Shown here: positions 37,131-48,849 of the stretch, in pieces
Layout: each line of letters starts with the position of its first letter
How positions within the stretch are numbered: position 1 is the stretch's first letter
Source: Vicugna vicugna
Lineage: Eukaryota
Length of the DNA stretch: 64,000 bases
NCBI GenBank assembly: GCA_013265495.1
Contig: MU058718.1
Coordinates: 930,001 to 994,000, forward strand
Reading direction: 5' to 3'
Made by a program: the position numbers and the translations under genes
The notes under the pieces: model-generated
The model's database searches: none
Told to the model about the DNA's origin: nothing
Seen by the model: only the letters and a program-made list of their open reading frames with translations

Positions 37131-38234
37131 CCCTCAGAGAACCCTGGTTTGCACCGTCCATTCACTGGTCTCGGCCCTTCCTGGGGAGCTGACTGGGTTC
37201 GGGAGGGCGGAGCTGTGGCTGTGTTTGTGAGCAAGTTTTCATGATACACTTTGGCCTCCAGGGACACATTCTGGTGTGCTGTGATTAGAAGACTGTGAAA
37301 GGATTGCGCTCTAGGGGTCAAGCCCAGGGCTAGTTTTGGTCACCTCTGGTCATCTCAGGTGGCAAGTTTTGCGTATGGGCTCTTGGGAAAACCAGAGAGA
37401 CTGGCAGTCATCTCAGCAGTCTCCACAAAAACAGAGGGCTGGTCCAGATCCCCTGCAGCCGGGCGGCCGGCCTCTCACCCTCTCCTGGAGTGATGGCCCA
37501 CACCCCCGCACCTGATGACTGGGGCCTCCAGAGGATTCTGCTGACCTCTGCTGCTGCTTCTCTCGTCCCTCTGCCACGGCATCTCTCTCCTCTCCTTCCC
37601 TCATGCTTTCTGCTTGTGTCCTCTGGTTCTGTTTCCTGATTCTGCTGCCACTCTTCTCCTGCTTACTGTCCTTTCCCTTGGTCTTGAGCTCACGCTCTCC
37701 CGGAGACCAAGTGACTGGTTCTGCCATCTACAGTGGAACACCTCAGTCAGCCCCTTACTGGCTATTGACCAGCATGTGGTCCAATCCGCTGTAGCCTGGA
37801 CCCCAAGGTTACAGGGTACAAGTCATGACAATCCGCTCTGATGGGTGAAACTGCTGCAGGCAGCCACACGTGGGCATTTAGGATACTCTCAGCAGGTAAT
37901 CTGATTCAAGCGACTTCCAGAATAAGGAATTAATTACCTAATACAAGGAGTCCAGAGTTAGGGTGGTTCCTGGGTGGGTCACTATTGGTCGCTGGCCTAA
38001 ACCTATTTTTCTCTTTTTTCCTGCTGAAAGAGGCTGGATTTTGTTTCCATAGGAGACAATATGATCAGGGGAGATGGTCTTTTCTCTGTATCCGTGAGAG
38101 TGGATTTTGATTTATTTCTTTCTGTTCCTGATTGCTGCCTGATTGTTCAGGCAGGGCCATGGGATCCAATTATAACGAATAAACACAGAGGAACTTCCGG
38201 GAAAAGTTTTCTTGCTCTTAAAAAGCAATGTGTA

Positions 38235-38790
38235 TTAACTGTCCAACTCAGCAATCTCACTCCTAAGAATTTACTCAAGGGGAATGAAAACACATCCCCC
38301 ACAAAGGCCTGTCTATGAATGTTTACAGCAGCTTCATTCAGTATAGGCAAAACTGGGAACAGCCCAAATGTCCATTAACTAGTGAATGGATGAACAAATT
38401 ATAGTATATCTCTACAACAGAATACCACCAGAAATCAAACAGAACAAACTACTAAATCATGCGATTACGTGGCTGGATCACAGATGCACTGTGCTTAGTG
38501 TAGGAAGCTGAACACAAATGGCTGCCCTCATGTATGATTCCATGTAACTGACATCCTTGCAAAGGCAAATTATAGGGACAGAAGTCAGATTAACAGTTAT
38601 CAGGTGCTGGGGTTGAGGGAGGGATCGACGACAAACAGACATGAGGGAGCGTCTTGGCATGATGGAAGTGTTCAGTACCTTGATTGTTACATGACTGTAT
38701 ACATTTGTCAAACTTATAAAATTGGACACTTGAAAATAGTGAATTTTACGTATGTATCTTATGTATCTATAAACCTGACTTTTTCAAAAG
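38235..38790 (+). mobile_element. Old L1M (L1MB/L1ME-type) 3' end
   Basis: CAACTCAGCAATCTCACTCCTAAG..GAATGTTTACAGCAGCTTCATT..CCCAAATGTCCATTAAC.AGTGAATGGATGAACAAA..GCAAAGGCAAATTATAGGGACAGAA. Confidence 0.88.
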
Positions 38791-39065
38791 CCACATGTGA
38801 GAGGAAGCAGGTGCTTTCTGCCTCCCCGACAATGCCTTCAACATATATTATGTGAAGCCGCAGGAGCGCCTTGGCACCATGTGGGGGAGCCGAGCTGGAA
38901 GGTCACATGGCACATGGAGGATGGTGGAGTGGAAACAGTATCTGAATTAACCAGCCCTAGAATCACCCTATCTTTGACTTCTTACCGTGTGAGAAAATTA
39001 GTTCCTTATTATTTAAGCTAATTGAACCAGACTCTCTGTCCAAAGCATCCCATCCCAAATGACAC
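38790..39065 (+). mobile_element. MLT1 (K/L-like) LTR fragment; left part probably ~38000-38220
   Basis: GAAGCCGCAGGAGC..TTGGCACCATG..GAGGATGGTGGAG..TGAATTAACCAGCCCT..GACTTCTTA..GTGAGAAAAT..TTTAAGC. Confidence 0.6.
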
Positions 39066-40419
39066 TGATCTACACGTAAAGAACTGTCTGCGGGAGCGTT
39101 GTCCATCAGATTGGGACTGAACACGTGGAAAAAACTCTGTTGAGCACAATATTCTACAGATGCTGTGATGATTTTATGCTTTTATGTCTTGAGTCTCCTG
39201 GATTGTACTTCATACTTATTATGACAAAAGCTTCTAGAGTATCTGCTTCCCTTAGACCTCTGAGGCATACATCATAGCTACATGAATAACATTTTTCCAT
39301 TCTGAGTAGGGGAGCAACTGTTGGCTGGTGATGCTCTGAAAACCCAAGGTGCTTGGAGCACAGATGGACTAAGCTTTCCAAAGTAACCTGGAAACTTTAG
39401 TATTGCCCTTTGATGCCCTTTAGTTTCCGACGGAGAGGCTGCCAGGCTGGGACTGGGTGGAGAGGAGAACTGTGTTTTAATGTATCCTGCACAGGAAGGT
39501 AGATACCCCTGGGGCAGGCAGAGGTGGGTCCTTCGTCGGTAAAATTGTAGATACACTTTCAGAGACTCGTTCATAAAGGTAAGGTGTGGCATTCAGACAA
39601 TAGTACTCTGGAATTGAGGCCAGAGACCTTTCTTCTGGTTGCCACCCAAGGAATTAAAACACCAAAGACTTGTATAAGTAACTCAAAGTTACAAATGATG
39701 ACCAAGGTAAGATCTGACAGTCTGGAGTATTACTCTGTGTACATGTGGCTGCAACTCCTGTGTTTTTGTGTCTTGAATCCTGTCTTAGGACTGAGAAGAC
39801 CCATACACACCAAGGCTACATTGTGTCACTTACTTAGTTCAGCAAGAGCATACAGTTCTCCCAGGTCACCAAAACCATCTTCCCTGTCTCTCTCTGGCCA
39901 CTCTTCCTTCAGTGCTTCCTTCCTTTCTTTCACTGATTAGGCCCACCTTGTCCCTGGTTTTCTAGCACTCCCAGGCTAGGCCTGGCATACTTGGGTAGAG
40001 ACTCATCCTGTGGGCCTTTTTATGCCTCCTCCTCAGCCAAAGGACCCAGTTTTACACATCTGATGATTGGAAAAATTTTTCATAAGCTAGCTTCTAGCTC
40101 CTTTCATGTCAAACCTCATTTCTTCTGTTACCCACATACGTGGGGTACAGGGTTCAGTAGGACACATTCAGATCATGACAGAGGGCAAGTCAGCACAATG
40201 GGTGGAAGGGTGTTCCTGGGATTAGGTCTTGCACTGGGATGGTTAGTAATGATTTAACTCTCTATGGTAAATGACTGTGATCCACACACATGTATTCTGC
40301 TAAAGACAAATGTAACCCCAATTTAGCTTCTTAGCCAGATCCCCAGAATGCCTGTAGCCATTCCAAAGCCACCCAACTCAAGGGGAAGTGTGGCTGAAGG
40401 AAAGCCAAAATGGAAATAT

Positions 40420-40591
40420 GTAATGGGGCTTAAGCCAACTGCAGTTAAAATATTCTACATTTGCACATTTCATAAAACATACAATTATGTAAACTCTTTG
40501 CTTGGTCCTCTCCCAGGGTCTTCAAAAGTATCTATTCAAGGGAGGGGCCAGAGGCTTAAGCTTTATTTAATTTAAGGTAAATCCATCTCTG
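40420..40591 (-). mobile_element. hAT-like (Tip100-type) non-autonomous DNA transposon end
   Basis: Reverse complement reads CAGAGATGGATTTACC..AAATAAAGCTTAAGCCTCTGGCCCCTCCCTTG..GACCCTGGGAGAGGACC, resembling a known mammalian hAT MER terminus; subfamily not certain. Confidence 0.6.
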
Positions 40592-41499
40592 ATTTAATTA
40601 AATTAAACTGTGTTATATGAACACTACCTGGCCTGATGGTGAACTGCTGTGTGAAACATATGTGCTGCTTGCACTTTAAGGGCTCAAAGAGTGTTTGTTG
40701 AGTGAATGAATGAGAGACTGGATCAGCCAGTATCATTGAAGCTTATTTCAAGAACTCAGGAGCCTGCGGTTTATAATTCACAGATATTTATTTTCTTTCT
40801 TTTCTACAGCTCCCCCTCTGCCCCCAGATTATGGGTTGGGAATTAGAAATTAGACTAGTTTCTTGTGAGTCTATCAGTGGATATTTAAAGAAATTGGATT
40901 ATGTTTACCCTTTTATCACAGATATAAATACAACCTAATCAGCTCTGGTTGAGAAGGGGCCCAGAAAAGGGGTTTATTTCTCATAAAGAGTGGAGCAAAG
41001 GAACCTCTTTGTGGAATCAAAACTGAGCTCTGAGTCTGCCCCCTGTTCCCCAAGAAACCAAACAGGAATCGTAATGTGGTATGACATAGTGTTGAACGCT
41101 GTCCATCGCTGGGTGAGATCATCCATCAGCTGCTGGGAGGGAAAGAGGCGAAACCCGCTTCATCTGCTCTGAGACAGTTCTGACAAGCAAAGCTCACAGG
41201 GCGCTGTGGCAGCAGAGAGGCGGCGGTGAAGTTGATCTCTGTTGAGCGGTGCTCCTCCAGCTCCCTGGATGCCACCAGGCCTCCCACCCCTACTCCTGGC
41301 CTGTGAGGTGTTAGATTTTCACCACTCCCACAACCCTGGGCTGAGATTCCCAGAGCTTCCACCACGCAGCCCCGGGACTGGGATCCCCAAGTCGGCACGC
41401 AGCCTTCAAGGGAAGTGGCCTCTCTCCTCCTCGAAGTCCAGCTCCTGCTTGATACAGAGCTTGCATCTGCTGGCCGTCCTGTCTCTTCCCCAGCCCCAT

Positions 41500-41790
41500 C
41501 TGCCATGTACCTGTTCTGCACTCTGCACGTGCTGCTCTAATATTCCGCAGGCATCCGGCCGTGTCACTCTTCAGCGCCTTCTCTCAGTCATTCCTCTTCT
41601 GTCTGGAAGGCCCAAACCCTCTGCTTCCCCAGGGCAGGTCCCACTCTGCTATGAAGTCCTGCTTCACACAGCAGGGTGTCTCTGCTGCCTGTGTCCCCAG
41701 GTGCTCACTCTCTGCCTTTACTTCCTGCTCTGTGCATTTCCTTCCCGCTCCCAGACCTTGGAACACAGTAGTCGCTCCTAATGTGCATTT
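41500..41790 (+). mobile_element. L2 LINE fragment
   Basis: TTCCTCTTCTGTCTGGAAG..CCACTCTGCTATGAAGTCCT..GGAACACAGTAGTCGCTC. Confidence 0.45.
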
Positions 41791-42626
41791 TACTATATTG
41801 TTTAAGAATGTTCAGTTCTGCTATAGAAGAAAACAAATGGAATGGATGAAACTCACTCATATGTGTTAAGCATAGAGAGTGAGTAACCTGTTTGACAACT
41901 AAATCGATTAGAGCATATGTGTGTGCACATAGAAGGGGGTGGAAGGACCCAGTAGCTCCAGAATATTCATCATACACTAAATACACATAAGGTGCTGTCT
42001 TAATTTGGATATCCATGACACACTCATTTTGCGTCCTCTGCCCAAGAAATGCATTACAATCTGTGGCTGCTCGGTAGGCCGATTACCAAATTACAGCTAT
42101 GGCCAGATAGAATTGTTCTCATAGCGCAAGTTTGTGCCCTTGACCCCAGGCACCTTCATCTCTTGGCCCTCTTGCCCATCCATAACTCTGGTCCCCCAAA
42201 CAATGCCATCCATGGGGAAGGCAGAACCTAGAATTCAGGTCATGTGATTTCTTCTACCTGCCGACAATCCAGTCTGAGTGTGATAACGGACACCATACCT
42301 TTTCCCCTTGCTTTAAATTCGCTTAATGAACCAAGTGATTCAAACATAATGTAGTCTGAGAGCCCTTCTGTGCCATGACCCCAGGGAGAGCTTGACTAGT
42401 AGGGTACTTAGAGGCTACGGTTGTGTCAAGGTAATTTCTCACCCAACACTGCTCAGTAAATATTTATTTAATGAGTGGATCTGTGAATAAACGCTCTGTA
42501 GAATTCAGAACTGTCTTTCAGGGCCCCACAGGCTCTTTCCTAGAGGTCCTACCTACCACAGACAAAAACCCCACAAAAACCTGACTGTTGCTACCTTTTA
42601 TGGAGGAGCTGATCTCTATCTTTCTT

Positions 42627-42656
42627 TATTCTTTTTTTCTTTGTGTGTGTGTGTGT

Positions 42657-42691
<35 letters not shown>

Positions 42692-42890
42692 AATTGAAGT
42701 ATAGTCAGTTTACAATGTTGTGTCAATTTCTGGTGTACAGCATAATGCTTCACAGAGGGAGGAGGTGGGAAGGGAAAAATTGGGAGCTCGAGATTTGCAG
42801 ATACTAACTACTACATATAAAATAGATAAACAACAAGTTTATATTGTATAGCACAGGGACCTATATTCGATTTTTTGTGGTGAGTTATGG
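42627..42890 (-). mobile_element. Young L1 3' end with inverted 5' segment (twin priming)
   Basis: Minus-strand tail and terminus to 42752, then L1 3'UTR in the opposite orientation 42753-42893; TSD TGATCTCTA(T/C)CTTTCTT at 42610-42626 and 42891-42907. Confidence 0.9.
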
Positions 42891-44289
42891 TGATCTCTAC
42901 CTTTCTTGGGTGGGTAGGGGAAACTGTTATAAGCCGATAAGCAGGTTAGAGGCGGGTGGATACCACACGAAGAATGAGGGCAGAAGTACTAGGTAGGAGT
43001 GCATGATAGGTGAGGTGTCATTTCCCTGAAAGCAGTAGTGATGGGAAGGGATAAGAAGAGTGATCTAAACATCAGGAATGCAGCAGAACAAGTCAGGGAG
43101 GATACAGAGAAATGTAGGATTTGGAAATATGAATGGAAGTGCGATGTGCAGGAGAGGGATTAAAACAGGTGGAATACTGGCATACCAGCAATGTTCTGGG
43201 CCAGAGTGAAAATGAATTCTGGGTTAGCATGAACTCCGGAGGGCCTTGGGGGTTCAAGATTCCTTCCTTCATGAATGTACAAGAGCAGAGAGTTTCTACC
43301 TCATTGATATTTTGCTTCTGTTTGTGATAGATTAATTCTCCATGTACACTTCACTTTTTTTAAATAACTGTATGTTCCTTCTATGTTGTTTGATATGAAT
43401 TTTAAAGATACAAAACACCTCCTCCCTTCCTAAATTGATTTCTTGAAGTTTCTTATTCTTAAATAAGCAAATAAATACTCAAACAATTAAATGAGATTTC
43501 CTTCTATTGATGGTCTGTGACCATTCTGAAAAATAACATCTGCCCTCTACTTGGCTCCGGGGGATTTTATGAGCGTTAATGACATGTCTGAAAAGCGTTT
43601 CATTTCCTTGGAAACGAGCTTAACAAAGTGTTTTTCTCTCCTCAGTGATATAACAAGCCATGCATGCTGTGCTACTGATTTGTAATAATTGAAACTTTGG
43701 TTACTAAAAAATTTAAGTGGTTTGATGGTAGTTCAAAATAAAAAATTCAATTTTTTTTATCTTGTACATGTTTTTAGGTGATAGATAGGTAAATGGCCTT
43801 TTCATGGCTTAAAAAATATTCCATGATATTTATTCTCCCATCTTATTTTAACCAGTCCTTACATCAGTGCACAAGGTCATGGACTTGGCCTGTTTTTCAT
43901 TTTGCAAATGTCTGGATTTACAGTAAATGATTCACGCAGTCTGATATCTAACTGCCCTCCTTTTGCTCTCTCTTATTGTCACTTGTGGAATCCGATTTAC
44001 CTCCTACCCTGTGAGCTACTCTTTCATTTGGAGCAATTTCCTCAGTTATGCAAGTCTCTAGTTTATGGGATAATCGTGATTCATTTGTCCACTGTAATGG
44101 GAGATGCTTCCTGGAATGGGGTTTCTCATTTTTAGATGGGAAAATTCACGTCCTCCTTTGTGAAGAACACAACAAACAACAATAACAAGGCCCAGAGCAG
44201 AGGGTGGCATACAGGCTAGAACAGAGGGAACAGGGGGCAGATTTTCAGATACACTGGTCCTGCCTCCTTTTCTTTTTATCATCAGCATC

Positions 44290-44440
44290 TGACACGTTAC
44301 ATGATTTTTAAAATAGGTTTAGTGCTCTCCCTCCATTCCCTTAGCATGTAACCTCATGAGAGTAGGGACTGTGTTGCCAGCACCTCTCACATGTCTGGCA
44401 CATAGTAGACATTCACTACTGTTTGTTGAGTTGATGAACA
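44290..44440 (+). mobile_element. L2 LINE 3' end
   Basis: AGCATGTAACCTCATGAGAGTAGGGAC..TCTGGCACATAGTAGACATTCA..TGTTTGTTGAGTTGATGAA. Confidence 0.75.
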
Positions 44441-44519
44441 AAAAGGTCTATCCATTCATCCATCAATTAGTAAAGTAATAAAAATAGTAGCTACTAGTCG
44501 TTACTATCTACCGAATGTC

Positions 44520-44909
44520 TGTTCTGCATTGAATAGTGTCTCCCCAAAATCCGTGGCCACCAGAATCTCAGAGTATGATCTTCTTTGGAAATAGGATCTT
44601 TGCAGATGTGATTAGTTGGATTAAGATGAGGTCGTAGTGGATTAGGGTGGACATACAGAGAAGAAGGCTGTGTGAAGCCGTGGGCAGAGATGGAGTTAAG
44701 TGGCTATAAGCCAAGAAACACCAAGGGTTGCCAGCAGCCAGGAGAGAGGCAAGGGGCAGATTCTCCCTCATAGCTCCAGAAGGAACCAACCCTGCAGACA
44801 CCTTGATTTCTGATTTCTGGTCTCCAGAACCGTGAAAGAATAAATTTTAGCTGTTTTAAGCCACCCCATTTGTGGTAACTTCTTATGGCAGCTCTAGGTA
44901 ACCAATGTA
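44520..44909 (+). mobile_element. MLT1C-like MaLR solo LTR (inserted in a minus-strand MIR)
   Basis: TG..TTGAATAGTGTCTCCCCAAAAT..TTTGGAAATAGGATCTTTGCAGATGTGATTAG..GAAGGAACCAACCCTGCAGACACCTTGATTT..TTTAAGCCACCC..GGCAGCTCTAGG; 5-bp TSD ATGTC/ATCTC. Confidence 0.92.
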
Positions 44910-45349
44910 ATCTCCTTTGTGACAAGTCCTGAACAAGTGCCTTTGTATGACAATTGCTAATTTACAGATAATGAAAGTAGCTCAGAGAAGCTAAATGTCC
45001 TGCTCGTAGGTGATGGAGCCCAACCCAGGCCTTTGCCTTTAGAAAGCGGGTTCCAAACTTTTGTCATGCTTGGCCAGCATGGAGCCAGGAATTACAGGGA
45101 GATTATAGGTTGAAAGTCAGAGTCTCTACCCCGTGGTCATTCCATGGCTGCTTTTACCAAGTTATGATTAGTGAAGGGGGTGTGGAAAGGAGGGCTGTGC
45201 CTTCTTCACTGAGAGCTTCGTACCCATCGGAGTCATTGGGAGTGCAGGGCAGCCAGAAACCAGGGAATGTGCTCAACTGGACTTCCAGAACTTCTTCTAA
45301 ATCTGTGCCTCCATTATCAGTTGTGCTCCCTGGGAAATGGCTAAGGATT

Positions 45350-45920
45350 TGAAGACTGTTTGGCAATATCTACTGAAGCTGAACATTTGCATGCATATCC
45401 CATGACCCTCTGGCTTTACCTGTAGGTGTGTATAACCAACTGAAATGCGCACACATGGGCACCAACAGGCATGTAGAAGAACGCTCATTGCAACGCTGTT
45501 TGCAGTTGCCTCAAGTAAGAAACTACCCAGAGGGTCATCAACACTAGAATGGAAAATAAGTTGTGGTTTGTTCATTCAAAGGCAGGTTATACAGCCATGA
45601 GAATGAACACACTGGTGCTACATGCAGCAGCATCCCACAAAGAGAGCACTGAGTGAAAAAAACCAGGAAGAATACATATCAAATGATTTCATTTGTATGC
45701 ATGTCAAAACCAAGCAAAACTAAGGTACAGTTGTAGAAGTCAAGGTAATGGCTTATCTCTGGATGGGTAGTGAAGGACTTGTAGTATGTTTTTGTTTCTT
45801 CATCTGGGTGCTGGTTACATGAGTGTGCTCAGGTTTTGGGAAAAAAATATGAGCTGTGTATTTTTGATTTGTGTACTTCTCTACACATAGATACTACTTC
45901 AATAAAAAGTAAAAAAAAAT
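45350..45920 (+). mobile_element. Old L1ME-type 3' end
   Basis: CTGTTTGGCAATATCTACTGAAGCTGAACAT..TAGAATGGAAAATAAGTTGTGG..AAAACCAAGCAAAACTAA..CTGGGTGCTGGTTACATGAGTGTG..TACTTCAATAAAAAG. Confidence 0.88.
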
Positions 45921-46829
45921 AATATGAAGAAAATTGCAAAACCCCCCTGCCGTCCTCTCCCTCTTCCTTCACTAGAATGATTTTTCAATGTACTGTCAAA
46001 AGAGCTATCTCCTGGATTCAGGGAACAACTTTTAAAAACCTTTTTATTCTTCTAGAGAAAAAGGTAAGTCAGGCAAATACAATTTCAAAAGGCGACATGC
46101 CTCACCCATTTTTTCAACCAGTCCATTGTAATTCTGAATTCAATTTACGTGTGCAGTGTCAACTCCATGTACCATGGTGGTGGTGGAGGTTAGGGAGAGC
46201 TGTCTGCTCCTCTCCACACACCCCAATAACTGTCCCATATACTCTCTGGTGCGATTAGGAGAGCAAGTCATTACACAGTTGGAGATGTGGAATGAAGTAA
46301 GATGAAAGTACCCCTAGCAGAAGTGACACTGTGGGTTAAATTCATGCTAGTGGATTCAATGTATGATTGAAGATTTTGATAAGATGGACAAAATTTAGGA
46401 TGCTTGGTTGCCTAAAACAGAGGGGTAAAGACACTAAAGAGAGTGTCAGTGTTTACGGTGAGGAGAGAAGCCAGGGTTCAAAACCAACAATTTCAAAATT
46501 ATGCTATGTAGATGGAAGTGATGCAAAGGGCTTGGGGAAAACACCCTTTGTCTGGAACAAACTGGTAGAGTTAGATGTTCATCAGAGCAGTTCTGGTGCT
46601 GTATGAATACTTTTTAAATCCAGAAAGATTCTTGGTCTAGATTAAGAAAAACATCATCTTATGTGGGTTGTTTTCACATGACTGGCTCCTGAATCTCTAG
46701 AACCCAACTCCATCTTGCTTGTCCCCTATTGGATCTGCTCTTCCATCCTGCCACCCTGCTGCTTGGCTTCCATGTTCAGGCCATCTCTGCATGCAACTAG
46801 TAACCCCATGGTGGTAGGTGGATCCCTTT

Positions 46830-46950
46830 GGCTGAGCTATTGGGTTCTCCCATTGGTATCTGCCTAGAATTGTCTTGATTCCAGCACTGAAGGTCCTGTG
46901 TCCTGAGAAATGCTTCAGACTTGGGGAAACCAGGTTGCTGGTCAGTCCCG
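46830..46950. mobile_element. MER81-like hAT-Blackjack element
   Basis: CAGCACTGAAGGTCCTGTGTCCTGAGAAA..TCAG..GGGAAACCAGG..GCTGGTCA. Confidence 0.55.
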
Positions 46951-47079
46951 CTGGACAGGGCAGCTCTGATTGCCTCTAGTCTTGACCCCCTTCCTGGACT
47001 GGTTCTTGAGATTTGGTCAGACAGATATGAACAAAAGCCTGTAGAAATAGGAGAATGAAGGTACTTTGTGTTTGAGGAA

Positions 47080-47560
47080 TGGCCTTTGGAGTCCCTGGCT
47101 TTGGATCTCAAGATGTGAATTTGTTTCCCAGCTATGTATTTACACATTGTGTGACTTGGGGGTGTCACTTTTCTTTTCTGAGGCTCATCCTGTCTGTGGA
47201 AAAAAATGTCCTACTAAGCAAAGTGGTGTGTGACTTAAATAAGATAGTGCTTGTAAAAGTGCTTGGCTCACAGTAGTTGATCAATAAATATCACTTTCCC
47301 TTCCTATCAGTTTCTTTTTCTTTCTTTCCCATGTTGTTCTCTTTCCTCCAAACTCTCAAACACATTGTTTATATTTTTTGGTGATATTTCTCTCCATTGC
47401 AGGGTGATACAGAAGAAGCTTTAGAATTAGATATCTACCTCTAAAATCAAATCCTGATTTGGTCATTTTCTATTTATGGATCTCAGGAAAGTTAAATAAC
47501 TTCTGAGAGACTTGGTTTTCTCACCTATAAAATGAGAATAATAAATTCTTGTTTAAAATG
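47080..47560 (+). mobile_element. Two adjacent MIR SINEs (~47080-47300 and ~47405-47555)
   Basis: TGTGTGACTTGGG..TCACTT..TAAATAAGATAGTGCTTGTAAAAGTGCTTGGCTCACAGTAG; GTTTTCTCACCTATAAAATGAGAATAATA. Confidence 0.75.
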
Positions 47561-48849
47561 TATGATAAATGCAGACAGCAGTTGCTTTGGTACCCTGTGT
47601 CACCCCCGCTCAGCCCATCTCTCATTTCTACTGTAGCTCTGGTTACCTGGGAACTGAGACACATACTGCCAGTACCCCACCATGTGTTTCTCTGCCTTTT
47701 TAGCCCCTATGCCTATTTACACTATGCTAATACAAACAGAAAATGGGATATATGGGATTTCACATGGAGTCGAATACTAAGTTTTCATATGTGATGCTCT
47801 AAGATGAACAGCATATAAGAGTTTGAACAAAATTTCAGACACAAAATATAGATTTAAAAGAGGAGGGAGCCTAATATATTTGCCATGACTTGCATCTTCT
47901 ATATTACTTTGGGCTATATTTTCAATCTACTGAGGAGTAGAATGCAGCGTATTAGTAACCTTTGAAATGCCCTAACTGTCTATCTCTGTCTCCAAGACTT
48001 TGCATCTTAGCAGGTTGTGAAAATCTACTATACAGATTCAAACTTTGATTTCAAAGAATGTAGCTTGACAGACCCTAGAGCATTGCACTGTTGTGTGAGG
48101 TCTTAATGATGGTCTAGTTCTTTCACTCCTAGGCAGATCAGTTAAGTGTGCAAGGCATATGTGATATAAAGTTGAAGAAGAGGCAGTTTTGTGCCTTTAA
48201 AGAACTAAAGCTTCATTGAGATGAAAAGCTAAATGCAGAATCAGTGTCTTTGTAACATGCACATTATATGCACTATCTCTAAGCACCCCCAAAAAACTTA
48301 CATAAAGCTTGCGTTCCTCCTAAAGTAGACACGAAGAATTTGAGGTGGTTTACGATTTCATTTAAACCTTGAGATGGATTACAAAAAATATGCAAAGTAT
48401 AAACTATATGGTTAAGGGAATCCAGGGCCAGGCAAATAGAGCTAATTTGGGATAAAATAGCACACAGGAATGTATCCCATATGGTTCTGTGCAGCTGCTT
48501 GAGGTGGATTGCATATTTGAATTTGAGTTTCCTAAAGACCAAAGTAAAAAGAAAAACAGTCAGGGTTTCAAGAGCTGTAGTATCCTTGAGATAAAAGTGA
48601 ATCAGTGTAGGAGATGCAGTTTTTCTACGGAGACTTGAAAGCAAATCCTCCCACAGGTCTTCATTAAGAGCACACTGTAGGGTAATAACATTATCCCAGA
48701 TGATATTCTTGCAGTAAAAACTGTGGAGAGCTGGTACATGGCTGTTTCTTAGACTGTTCCTCAGTATAAGTCTAAGACAAAAAGCCCATTTTAGCAAAGT
48801 CAACATAAATATTTATAGTCTTTCAAACAATTCTCTATACATATAATTT

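Noticed and set aside
41242..41781. 179-aa plus-strand ORF
   Set aside because: Low-complexity Ser/Pro/Leu/Cys composition, overlap with L2-like sequence, and no splice or homology support.
48279..48806. 175-aa minus-strand ORF in AT-rich DNA
   Set aside because: No ATG start (TTG) and no recognisable domain. It is long for AT-rich DNA but plausible by chance in 64 kb; a BLASTX would settle it.
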